Below are positions 41,456 through 50,668 of a stretch of DNA of 64,000 nucleotides, in pieces (within the stretch, counting starts at the first letter, position 1; every line of letters starts with the position of its first letter). The DNA is from a virus (taxonomy: Duplodnaviria; Caudoviricetes): positions 288,001 through 352,000 of IMG/VR virus record IMGVR_UViG_3300001528_000580. The stretch is one strand, 5' to 3'. Made by a program: the position numbers and the translations under genes. Under the pieces are notes generated by a model, which searched no databases, was not told the DNA's origin, and worked only from the letters and a program-made list of their open reading frames with translations.

Positions 41456-41550
41456 TTTATATTTCCTTTACATAAATAATTCCTATTTATATAATAGAAA
41501 ATATAAAAAAATAAGTCAAGTATCCTATCCAATTGATCTATGAATATATT

Positions 41551-41626
41551 TGGCATCTCCAACGGGGAACGATCCCGTATTTGTAACTTGAAAGGCTACT
41601 GTCCTAACCAATTAGACGATGGAGAC
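41551..41626 (-). tRNA. tRNA-Glu (TTC)
   Basis: GTAGC-CTTTCAA-GTTAC, CCA. Confidence 0.9.
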
Positions 41627-41663
41627 AAATTAAAACCAATTAACAAAAATACTAATAAAATCT

Positions 41664-41739
41664 TGGCAGGGCGCACAGGACTCGAACCTGCATCTTACGG
41701 TTTTGGAGACCGCTGACTTACCAATTAGACCAACGCCCT
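41664..41739 (-). tRNA. tRNA-Trp (CCA)
   Basis: GCGGT-CTCCAAA-ACCGT, G73, CCA. Confidence 0.92.
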
Positions 41740-41795
41740 ATCACTAATTCTTATTCAATTTTCAAATAACACGATAATATTAAATTTATCTAAAT

Positions 41796-41871
41796 TGGTG
41801 GCGGAGGTCGGTAACGATCCGACTACACATGGATTTTCAGTCCATTGCTCTACCATTTGAGCTACTCCACC
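41796..41871 (-). tRNA. tRNA-Phe (GAA)
   Basis: ATGGA-CTGAAAA-TCCAT, CCA. Confidence 0.92.
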
Positions 41872-41873
41872 AT

Positions 41874-41910
41874 AAAACAAAAGGAGCGGATTTTTTATTA
41901 TCCGCTCCCT
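41874..41910 (-). terminator. attenuator terminator immediately upstream of first tRNA
   Basis: GGAGCGGAT-AATAAAAA-ATCCGCTCC followed by TTTTGTTTT, ending 2 nt before tRNA-Phe. Confidence 0.85.
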
Positions 41911-41940
41911 ACACTTTTATAACTAAATTTATAATATCAG

Positions 41941-42039
41941 TTATGAATATAAATGACGTGCATGAGCAGACAAACGGCGTTTAAACCATTCACCACAAAT
42001 CTCAAATTTTTCACAAATCATTTTACGCATAACTAACAT
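41941..42039 (-). CDS. 32-aa leader peptide of tRNA array (MLVMRKMICEKFEICGEWFKRRLSAHARHLYS)
   Basis: GAGG RBS 7 nt before ATG, promoter at 42073-42100, terminator/antiterminator downstream. Confidence 0.75.
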   Translation of the reverse strand: MLVMRKMICEKFEICGEWFKRRLSAHARHLYS

Positions 42040-42055
42040 TTTAAAACCTCTTATT

Positions 42056-42246
42056 TTTCTTTCAATAACTATAATATAACACTATTTTTTTATAATTCAA
42101 GTCTTTTTTCAAATAAAATTGAGAAAATTTTAATGTAGCCTCAAATTTTCTCTAACGATATTACTACCGAACATTTTGAAGGAATGCCACATCCTTCGAG
42201 GTAATGTTAAGACCCCACAATTTCTTTCAATAACTATAATATAACA
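42056..42246 (-). repeat. 26-bp exact direct repeat (42056-42081 and 42221-42246) covering the -10/start of two tandem promoters
   Basis: tttctttcaataactataatataaca twice. Confidence 0.85.
42117..42225 (-). ncRNA. candidate small structured RNA with its own promoter and 3' hairpin
   Basis: Promoter 42238-42265; GAAGGA/TCCTTC stem, TAACATTAC/GTAATATCGTTA pairing, GAGAAAATTT/AAATTTTCTC hairpin; no RBS-led ORF seen. Confidence 0.4.
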
Positions 42247-42295
42247 TAAAAAAATATTTTTTCAAGTGCTATTTACATAAAAATATAAAAAAATA

Positions 42296-43030
42296 TTAAA
42301 AAAGTTCTTGTTGAATAGATAAATTATCCAAAATATCTTTAGCAAGGCTAAAAAAATCTTTATTTATTTCACAACCAATAAAATTCCTATTATTATTTAA
42401 TGATGCAACACCAGTACTACCACTACCCATGAATGGATCAAAAATAGTATCGTTTTCCTTTGTATGCAATTTAATAAAATCACTTAATAATGCAACAGGT
42501 TTTTGTGTAGGATGAATTCTCTCTTTTTTAGATGGAGAAGAATATCTTTTTGTTTTTAATTTTAAACTATAATCTGCTTCATTATTAAATGTAGAACCAC
42601 TTCCATGAACATAAACAATAAATTCTAGATCTGAAACATATTTACCAAAACAAAATGGAATAGGATTCAATTTACTCCACACCAATAATGTTGTAGGAAT
42701 ATTTAAATTCTCAAAAAAACTCATAGTTTTTGATACTTGATTATTTGAACAAAATATCAAAAAATTTGGAATATCACATAGTTTTAACATATTGGAAAAA
42801 CATTTTTCATAATCAAAACCATCACATATAAAATCAATATGTTTATCTTTAACTAACTTCCTTGTTCCAAAATCATTATTTTTTGTTCCACCATGAATGT
42901 CCATTTCATAAGGTGGATCAGTTATAATACAATCTACTTTTACGCCTCGATAAATCATATCATCCATTATTTTAAAACAATCATCATTATATATTGTATA
43001 ATCTGTCATAATTACTTTATTTATCTCCAT
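42296..43030 (-). CDS. beta-class DNA amino-methyltransferase
   Basis: TDPPY, HPTQKP, DPFMGSGSTG; ends QQELF. Confidence 0.92.
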   Translation of the reverse strand: MEINKVIMTDYTIYNDDCFKIMDDMIYRGVKVDCIITDPPYEMDIHGGTKNNDFGTRKLVKDKHIDFICDGFDYEKCFSNMLKLCDIPNFLIFCSNNQVSKTMSFFENLNIPTTLLVWSKLNPIPFCFGKYVSDLEFIVYVHGSGSTFNNEADYSLKLKTKRYSSPSKKERIHPTQKPVALLSDFIKLHTKENDTIFDPFMGSGSTGVASLNNNRNFIGCEINKDFFSLAKDILDNLSIQQELF

Positions 43031-43341
43031 TTTCTAGAATGTTGTTCAAAACAATTCTTAGTTGATAAAACTCCTTTTAAATCTACTTTTTGAAATACAG
43101 TTTTTCCACAATCGTATTTATATTCAATAGTATAATCATCAATAATTATTGTTTCTATTTTTCCATTTTGACAATGACAACAATTTATCTCTATAAAGCT
43201 ATCAAACTTTTTGCTTTTCCATAATGTTATAAAAAATAATATTTTAACATAAAAAAACTTTATTTTTTCTTTAAAATTCAATTTTTTATAAGAACGACTT
43301 GCATTACTAATATCACATTTATTATTAATGATTACATTCAT
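43021..43341 (-). CDS. hypothetical protein
   Basis: AGGAG RBS; CxxC. Confidence 0.55.
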   Translation of the reverse strand: MNVIINNKCDISNASRSYKKLNFKEKIKFFYVKILFFITLWKSKKFDSFIEINCCHCQNGKIETIIIDDYTIEYKYDCGKTVFQKVDLKGVLSTKNCFEQHSRKWR

Positions 43342-43355
43342 ATATTCTCCTTATG

Positions 43356-43739
43356 TTATGATTCGGAAATGAATAACAAATCAATATTGTTATATTTTAA
43401 TTTCATATTTTTAATATCATTATATAATTCTTTCAATTTATTATAATCAAAATTTATTAAATTGACTTTATATTCATTATATATTTTACCATATAGTTGA
43501 TTCATCTTTGAATATTCAAAAAATTCACAATCAACATCACTATATTTATTTTGATTTTCATATATTATCATCAATACCACACCATATAAAAATTTGGTAA
43601 TATTATATTTATCTGAATCATTTAATTCGTGTTCTTCAACATACATATATGTTGTTTCATTTTCATCATATTCTGGTTGAGCTTTATAATCATCCCAAAT
43701 ATTAACTGTTATTTCATTATAATCATCAATTTTTTTCAT
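43356..43739 (-). CDS. hypothetical acidic protein
   Basis: AGGAG RBS. Confidence 0.6.
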   Translation of the reverse strand: MKKIDDYNEITVNIWDDYKAQPEYDENETTYMYVEEHELNDSDKYNITKFLYGVVLMIIYENQNKYSDVDCEFFEYSKMNQLYGKIYNEYKVNLINFDYNKLKELYNDIKNMKLKYNNIDLLFISES

Positions 43740-43752
43740 TATTAAACTCCTT

Positions 43753-44520
43753 TTAAAATAATTCTCCTTGAACGATATGATTATTTAATCTATTTGCAAT
43801 GATGTCACAATACTTTTCTTCTTTTTCTATTAAGACACATCTTCTATTAGTATTCATACATGCAATTCCAGTTGTACCGCTACCAGCACAAAAATCTAAT
43901 ATTAAATCTCCTTCGTTTGTATAAGTCTTGATTAAATATTCTAATAAAGCAACTGGTTTTTGGGTAGGATGCAATCCTATTTCTGTATTAAATTTTTGCC
44001 ATGATGAAGGGACTCTCAATTCAGTTAGTTTATTATCTTTTCTTTCATCAAATTTTCTATAATTTTCGGTTTCTGTAATAAAATCACACTTATATTTAGA
44101 CCTTAATTTACCATTTTCTGATCTTTCTTGCATTTGTTTATTATATGTCCATTTCCCATTACTAAAAAATAATATTTGCTCGTGTTCTTTCATTGGTTCT
44201 CTAACTGTATTAGCAAAATTACTACCTCTATTTTTTATCCATATCCATTCATGTTTAAACATTTTAGGATTACTCATAACTAATGCAGAAGAAAATGGTT
44301 GAGAACCATGTAATAAAATAGAAGCATTATCTTTCATAATTGGCAATAAAGCACTCCACATTTCATTAAATGGTATTATAGCATCCCATTTACAACTAGT
44401 AGTTCCATACGGTGGATCTGTTATACAAGCATCAAAAGTAACATTAAGTTTAGGCATAATTTCTAAACAATCACCATAATATAATTTAACTAATTTATTT
44501 TCAAAATATTTATTATTCAT
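43753..44520 (-). CDS. beta-class DNA amino-methyltransferase
   Basis: TDPPYG, HPTQKP, DFCAGSGTTG; ends QGELF. Confidence 0.92.
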   Translation of the reverse strand: MNNKYFENKLVKLYYGDCLEIMPKLNVTFDACITDPPYGTTSCKWDAIIPFNEMWSALLPIMKDNASILLHGSQPFSSALVMSNPKMFKHEWIWIKNRGSNFANTVREPMKEHEQILFFSNGKWTYNKQMQERSENGKLRSKYKCDFITETENYRKFDERKDNKLTELRVPSSWQKFNTEIGLHPTQKPVALLEYLIKTYTNEGDLILDFCAGSGTTGIACMNTNRRCVLIEKEEKYCDIIANRLNNHIVQGELF

Positions 44521-44521
44521 T

Positions 44522-45274
44522 TCAAATTATATAGCTTCCTAGTCTATTTTTTATGATTTCACAATATTTTTCTTCCTTTTCTATCAAAACACATTTTCTT
44601 GATGTATTAATACAAGCCATACCAGTACTACCGCTACCTGCAAACGAATCCAAAACCAGATCATTATTATTAGTTGATACATTTATTAAAAACTCTATTA
44701 ATTTAACACTTTTTTCATTGGGATGAATAGCATTAGATGCACGTTTTTCTGTTGCATATGAAACTTCTGTTTTAATAAAATTAGGATATTCATAAGTATA
44801 TTCATTTGGTTTTTTATTTCTTTTGTCATTAAACCATTCTTTAGATGTTTTAAAAAAATCAACATTATTTAACGGCTTTCCTCTTCCTTTTGAAAATACT
44901 AAAATTGGTTGAAATTGGAATCCAAAATTATTTTTTGCCCTTTTTGCTCCATTATTAAACGATCTTGTTGCAATAATGTTTTTATAAGTAAATCCATTTT
45001 CTATACCTGTAAATATCCAATTATGTAATGTCTTTACACCAACAAATAAAAATAAAAAACAATCATCTTTTAAAATATTATACCAACACATAAACCATTT
45101 AGGCATTTCTTCTAGTATATAATCATTTGTATCATTATAAAAATCATTTTTAAATCCTACTCCATATGGAGGATCAGTTATAATACAATCAAATTTTTTA
45201 TCAAAATTATACATTATACTTATACAATCATCGTTATATAATTCTATATTTTTATTACTAAAAACACAATTCAA
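44522..45274 (-). CDS. beta-class DNA amino-methyltransferase
   Basis: TDPPYG, HPNEK, DSFAGSGSTG; TTG start after AGGAG. Confidence 0.92.
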   Translation of the reverse strand: MNCVFSNKNIELYNDDCISIMYNFDKKFDCIITDPPYGVGFKNDFYNDTNDYILEEMPKWFMCWYNILKDDCFLFLFVGVKTLHNWIFTGIENGFTYKNIIATRSFNNGAKRAKNNFGFQFQPILVFSKGRGKPLNNVDFFKTSKEWFNDKRNKKPNEYTYEYPNFIKTEVSYATEKRASNAIHPNEKSVKLIEFLINVSTNNNDLVLDSFAGSGSTGMACINTSRKCVLIEKEEKYCEIIKNRLGSYII

Positions 45275-45339
45275 TTTATAAACTCCTTGTAATTATTTAT
45301 TTTAATAATATAGCATAAAAATACATAAAATCAACATAT

Positions 45340-46368
45340 TTATATTTTTTTTCTAAAGATAAAGATTGGTTCATATTTATATTTATCTTTATGACTTAAA
45401 CTTGACAAACTATATTTCATTATTTTCATTAAATCAAAATTGTTTTTTTGAGCAACATTTAAAAAATCATTTTCTAAGTTATTATAAGAACGTACATTAG
45501 CTATATTAATAGCTAAAATACCTTTAGAATTTAATCCATAATAACAATTTTTTAATGTTTTACTCAAAAATTGTTCTATCCATTCCTCCTTTGAAGAATA
45601 TTTTAAATAAGATTGTGTTAATTCATTGGAATATCTTTCTGTATCAAAATAAGGTGGACTTGTAAAACAAAAATCCAAAGAATTTTTTTCAGGTATAAAA
45701 TCTTCTGAGCCAACTTTATATAATTCTACTTTAGTATGATATAAAGGAAATAAATAATCATCTTGATTATATCTACAATCTTCTGATATTTTTTGTAAAC
45801 CATTGAATGTTTGAGTACATGGTTCTGTTCCAATATATTTTTTTACTTCTGATTTTATTGCACCAAGTAATCTACCACCATATCCACAAGACATATCCCA
45901 AACAACTTTATCTTTAGCAAATAATTTATATATCAATCCGGCGGCAGTTGGTCTAAAATTAGAAACACTCTGTACACCAGAAAATATTTTTAACATTTTT
46001 CTAATACCATTATCAGATATATTATCTCCAAACTTTATTCTTTTATCTATAACCTGTCTAAAGGTATTATCATCAAGAAAAGCCTCTAGTGGTGTTTTAA
46101 AGCCGTTACAGTTGACATTATAAGCATGTGGCATATAAGACCAACACAAAGCTAAACCATGCATGGCTTGCCCTATTTCATCGTTATTCAACAATGTATA
46201 ATCATCAAATGACATGAATTTATCAAATTCATTTTTTCTCCATTGTTCATCTGTTGGGAAATATGGAAATCCATGTTTTCTATAATATTTAAAAACATTT
46301 TCTTTATAATTTTCTAATTCTTCGTCAGAAAATTTATTCCATTGATTTTTATTTAAAAAAATATTCAT
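45340..46368 (-). CDS. DNA amino-methyltransferase (motif I before motif IV, SPPY)
   Basis: NFRP, DMSCGYGGRLLG, FTSPPYF. Confidence 0.88.
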   Translation of the reverse strand: MNIFLNKNQWNKFSDEELENYKENVFKYYRKHGFPYFPTDEQWRKNEFDKFMSFDDYTLLNNDEIGQAMHGLALCWSYMPHAYNVNCNGFKTPLEAFLDDNTFRQVIDKRIKFGDNISDNGIRKMLKIFSGVQSVSNFRPTAAGLIYKLFAKDKVVWDMSCGYGGRLLGAIKSEVKKYIGTEPCTQTFNGLQKISEDCRYNQDDYLFPLYHTKVELYKVGSEDFIPEKNSLDFCFTSPPYFDTERYSNELTQSYLKYSSKEEWIEQFLSKTLKNCYYGLNSKGILAINIANVRSYNNLENDFLNVAQKNNFDLMKIMKYSLSSLSHKDKYKYEPIFIFRKKI

Positions 46369-46372
46369 AAAA

Positions 46373-47095
46373 TTATTTATTTTTATTTAATCTATCAGTA
46401 ATAATATTGCAATATTTTTCTTCTTTTTCGATAAGAATACAATTTCTATTAGTATTCATACAAGCAACACCTGTCGTTCCACTACCTGCGCAACTGTCTA
46501 AAATTAAATCTCCTTCATTAGAACCTAACATAATTATTCTTTCTAATAATCTTACTGGTTTTTGAGTAGAATGATCAACTTTTTCTTTACTATTATGGGG
46601 TAATGCAGGTATATCTGTCCAAACATCAGAAAGTGAAACTCCATTCTTTAAAATTCCACTTTTATACTCTTTTCTATTAGAATTAATTTGAATTTTTATA
46701 TTATTAAATGTTGAATTATTTCCTTTAGAATAAAAACAAATAGGTTCATATCCACTACTAAGTGCCATCCCTCTTGTATTGTTGAATGCTCTTTTTCTAG
46801 CCCAAATAATAATTCTTTTTTCAATAAAATATTTGTCAAGAATACAAGCAATCTTTCTATTATATTGTCTACCTGTAAACAAAAAAATATTTTTATTTGG
46901 CTTTAAGATTCTTTCATATTCAATAACATTACTTTCAATCCATTTTAAATATTCAACTTCATTATCCCAAAAATTGTCCCATTTATCTTTCACAACATTA
47001 CAATATGGTAAATCAACAATTATACAATCAATACATTCATTATCTAATGATTTAAGAACATTGAGACAGTCATCATTATAAATTTCAAAATTCAT
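46373..47095 (-). CDS. beta-class DNA amino-methyltransferase
   Basis: VDLPY, HSTQKP, DSCAGSGTTG. Confidence 0.9.
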   Translation of the reverse strand: MNFEIYNDDCLNVLKSLDNECIDCIIVDLPYCNVVKDKWDNFWDNEVEYLKWIESNVIEYERILKPNKNIFLFTGRQYNRKIACILDKYFIEKRIIIWARKRAFNNTRGMALSSGYEPICFYSKGNNSTFNNIKIQINSNRKEYKSGILKNGVSLSDVWTDIPALPHNSKEKVDHSTQKPVRLLERIIMLGSNEGDLILDSCAGSGTTGVACMNTNRNCILIEKEEKYCNIITDRLNKNK

Positions 47096-47153
47096 TATTA
47101 TATTACTCCATTAATTTTAACTTATAATATAACATATATTTTGAAAAAATCAA

Positions 47154-47861
47154 CTAAATATTAATAAATCTGTTTTTTATTATTTCACAATAATTTTCAT
47201 CTTGTTCAATTAATATGCATTTTCTTCCTAACTTCATACAAGCAATCCCTGTTGTGCCACTTCCTGCAAATAAATCTAAAACAGTATCACCTTCATTTGT
47301 AAAAATATTAATAATTCTTTCTAATAATTGAACAGGTTTTTGGGTAGGGTGTTGAACTCTTTCAGGAGACCACGGAACAATCGGAGATATATCTTGCCAA
47401 ACATTTGTTAATTTTCTGAACTCACAACCATTTTTTCTACCAATAGTTCCACCTGTTTTTTTCTTTATATTAGATAGTATTGGATTAAAAATATAATTAT
47501 CACCTTTGGAAAACCATAAAATATCTTCTCTTGTAGAAACAAAATTCTTTTTTGCTCCTCTTCCTTTTATTCTATCCCATATAATCCAATTATTAAATTT
47601 ATATCCATTATTCTTAAAACATGAAATAGCATAGTTAACATTACTCCAACCTTGAAAAACTAATAAATTACCATTTTCTTTTAATGATTTATCAAAAATA
47701 GGATAGTATTGATTAATATCAAAATTACTATCCCATTTATTATTTTCAAAATTAATTCCATATGGTGGATCAGTTATAATACAATCTACTTCACTACCTA
47801 CATAATCAATACAATTTCCACAATACAATTTTACATTGTCATTTTCATAATATAATTTCAT
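47154..47861 (-). CDS. beta-class DNA amino-methyltransferase
   Basis: TDPPYG, HPTQKP, DLFAGSGTTG. Confidence 0.92.
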   Translation of the reverse strand: MKLYYENDNVKLYCGNCIDYVGSEVDCIITDPPYGINFENNKWDSNFDINQYYPIFDKSLKENGNLLVFQGWSNVNYAISCFKNNGYKFNNWIIWDRIKGRGAKKNFVSTREDILWFSKGDNYIFNPILSNIKKKTGGTIGRKNGCEFRKLTNVWQDISPIVPWSPERVQHPTQKPVQLLERIINIFTNEGDTVLDLFAGSGTTGIACMKLGRKCILIEQDENYCEIIKNRFINI

Positions 47862-47918
47862 ATAAATATTCTCTCTGTTTTAACAAATATGTTTAACAAA
47901 GAAAAATATTAATTTTTA

Positions 47919-48578
47919 TTAAAAATCATATTTTATATTGAGTTTATCACAAATCTTTTTAAATTCATCTATTTTATATTCACTTGATGTTCTCAACATA
48001 TGCATAATAAAATCACCATCTTCATATAAACAATGATCTTTACCTACATGCCTTGCAAAATCACCATGATATGAATTAAACTCTTTACATCTTACTTTAT
48101 TATAATGTTCTTTATATTTTACTTCAAGCATTCTACAAATTGCTTCTTGATCCCAAACACAACTATTTTTACAATCTTCATAAATACTAAAGCAGTCTTT
48201 CAAAAAGTTTCTAGTAATATCATTATTTATAAATAACATCACTCCTGAATTTTCACCTCTTTTTTCATTAAAATCTGCATTTTCGTTTCCAACTGTAATA
48301 CTTTTATTACTAATAAATTTTTCTATTTTAATATCATGATTAGCAAAACATGCATCTGCATCAATGAAGAATATATAGTCATATTCCATATCCAAACATT
48401 TTAATATTAACAATATTTTTGACCATGCTGGATGTTTATCTTTATCTAATGTTTCTGTGCAAACATAAAAATCATATCCATTCTTTTTACAATATTCTTT
48501 ATTTATCAATATGGAATATTTAGCATAATAACTAATATTTTCTGTTGCTAACATTGTAACTAATATTTTACTATTCAT
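47919..48578 (-). CDS. GT34 (GMA12/MNN10-like) glycosyltransferase
   Basis: N..YC..NGY, WSKI, FIDADA, NSGV, WDQ. Confidence 0.8.
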   Translation of the reverse strand: MNSKILVTMLATENISYYAKYSILINKEYCKKNGYDFYVCTETLDKDKHPAWSKILLILKCLDMEYDYIFFIDADACFANHDIKIEKFISNKSITVGNENADFNEKRGENSGVMLFINNDITRNFLKDCFSIYEDCKNSCVWDQEAICRMLEVKYKEHYNKVRCKEFNSYHGDFARHVGKDHCLYEDGDFIMHMLRTSSEYKIDEFKKICDKLNIKYDF

Positions 48579-48593
48579 TTATTACTCCTTTTC

Positions 48594-49154
48594 TTATTCT
48601 ACTTTTTGTAACACAAGCATAATTTGAGCTAAACCACATCCAATTGTTTGATCAAATAAATTGTTTTCATGAAATTTCATTTTTCTTCTATCATAATTTT
48701 CATCTTGAACTTCAATTTTAATCAATTTTGAATTTGGTATTTTATTTGCTAAATCTAATAAATTAATTGATTTTTCACACCAACTTTTTCTTTTAGATAT
48801 TGTAAACGTATGTTTGCTAAGATTACACATCTTACTTGGAAAAAAACCTTGCTCATATAAATCTTCATCAGGAACTATTATTATCATATACCCATCTTTT
48901 TTTAATAATTTCCAAAACTCTAATAAAACAACATATGGGTCATCAAAATGTTGTAAAAAATAAGAAGAATAAACACAATCAAATTTATCTTTAATAAAAT
49001 TTGTTATATTTCTTGCTTTTTTTAAATCATATTCTACTTTAATGAAATTAGGAAATATTTTTTCATCAAAACCACCTATATCTATTCCCTTTCCAAAGAA
49101 CCAAATTAATTCATCATTTCTTAAAATGTTTTTTAACTTTATTCCTTCTTTCAT
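48594..49154 (-). CDS. class I SAM-dependent methyltransferase
   Basis: GIDIGG, FDCVYSS..LQH, LKKDG...VPDEDLYE. Confidence 0.75.
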   Translation of the reverse strand: MKEGIKLKNILRNDELIWFFGKGIDIGGFDEKIFPNFIKVEYDLKKARNITNFIKDKFDCVYSSYFLQHFDDPYVVLLEFWKLLKKDGYMIIIVPDEDLYEQGFFPSKMCNLSKHTFTISKRKSWCEKSINLLDLANKIPNSKLIKIEVQDENYDRRKMKFHENNLFDQTIGCGLAQIMLVLQKVE

Positions 49155-49156
49155 TA

Positions 49157-49951
49157 TTACTTCTCCATATTAGCAATCCATTTATTAAAGATTTCATCAT
49201 TAAATGCATTATTTACATCAAGAGTTAAAACATTATATTTTTTCGTGAAATTATTAAAAGGAGCATAATTTTTTAAAAATAAAACTTTATCTGGATATAA
49301 AGTCATAGCAACATGAATAGGTCCAGAACCTACTCCTACAAATCCTCTACAAGATTTTAGCATTCCTATCAATGTTCCAATATTACCATTAGAATTTCTA
49401 ACATTATTATCTACAAATGAAAATTTCTCATTTCTTCCATTATGATATTTGTGAATAAAATGAGTTTCAATTGGTATCAATCCTTTTTCTTTTATTTTAT
49501 CCCATAATACTTTAGCAAAATTATAATTACAACCAATAGAATCTGGACAACATGTACTATTAAAATGAACTCCAACGAAAGGAGATTTAAACTCTCCTAA
49601 ATTTACATTAAATTCTCTATTAATATCATAATTTATTCCTAATTCTTTAACACAACAAAACTCTGGCTTTGTAAAATGCTTATATCTATCATCAAATTCA
49701 CAACAAGGAAATGATAACTCAAATACATAATCATAATTATTTTCATTACAACTATAATTTCCAAATATATCTTCTTGTCCATTTGTTGTATATAATGTCC
49801 ATTCAATTTTAGGATACATTTCTTTTAATTGTTCAAATATTGGATAAAACATAATAGTATCACCTAATCCATGAATGAATTTTATACAATTATGCTGACC
49901 ATCTTTTAAATATTCTATTAATTTTTTATGTTCAAAATTATTTATTAGCAT
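49157..49951 (-). CDS. GT9-like (heptosyltransferase-like) glycosyltransferase
   Basis: HGLGDTIM, FVGVGSGPIHVA. Confidence 0.7.
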   Translation of the reverse strand: MLINNFEHKKLIEYLKDGQHNCIKFIHGLGDTIMFYPIFEQLKEMYPKIEWTLYTTNGQEDIFGNYSCNENNYDYVFELSFPCCEFDDRYKHFTKPEFCCVKELGINYDINREFNVNLGEFKSPFVGVHFNSTCCPDSIGCNYNFAKVLWDKIKEKGLIPIETHFIHKYHNGRNEKFSFVDNNVRNSNGNIGTLIGMLKSCRGFVGVGSGPIHVAMTLYPDKVLFLKNYAPFNNFTKKYNVLTLDVNNAFNDEIFNKWIANMEK

Positions 49952-50578
49952 TTATTGCTCCAATTATTATTTTTTATAATCATCGTTGTTATATTAATTC
50001 TAGATTCACTTTTTCTTATCAAATCTTCTGGATTTCCACAACCTAATATTTCACAATTATGTTCAGAAAACCATTTTTTCATTCCATATTGATTCAAACA
50101 ATATATATGTTCATTAGGTTTAAAATGCTTCCATGCAGATAATTCTCTTAAGCTATCTGTATCTGGTGTTTCTGGAAAAGATAAAAATAAATATTTAAAT
50201 TTAATTTTAAATAATTCCTCAATATTATAATAATGTTCTAATACATCGGTTAAAAAAATCAAATCCCAATTCGTACTTTCTAACTCTTCTTTTGATATTG
50301 TATCACCACTCAAATCATATTCTGCACCATATCCGAAAATTTTTTTACAAATTTTTCCAAAAATACCATTACCAGAACCAACATCACAAACTTTCCAATT
50401 TTTAAAATCTTTTAATTCTTCTGAATTAATAAAATTTAAAAAATAACCTATTCTTAAATAACTCATTTCTAATGTTGTTGATTGCATTTTTTTTATAATC
50501 AGTATTATAATCAAATGGTTGAGGATCTTGCTGTTTCCAAAAGTTATATTTATTATCCTTAATAAAATTATATTCCAT
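49945..50578 (-). pseudogene. class I SAM-dependent methyltransferase with frameshift in A8 run (50487-50494)
   Basis: RBS-led ATG 50578 (MEYNFIKD...DYNTDYKK) joins MQSTTLEMSYLR...DVGSGNG...DVLEH only if the run is A7. Confidence 0.7.
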
Positions 50579-50632
50579 ATACATCTCCATACTTAATATT
50601 TTTTAATATACAAAAATATTAATTTTTTATAT

Positions 50633-50657
50633 AAAAAACGCACTAAATTAGTGCGTT
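50633..50657 (-). terminator. intrinsic terminator
   Basis: aacgcactaa-a-ttagtgcgtt plus U tract. Confidence 0.75.
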
Positions 50658-50668
50658 AATATCTTATT

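Noticed and set aside
41664-41739. tRNA-Trp acting as suppressor of the MTase TAG
   Set aside because: Anticodon is normal CCA; the U11-U24 D-stem mismatch is not evidence for amber reading
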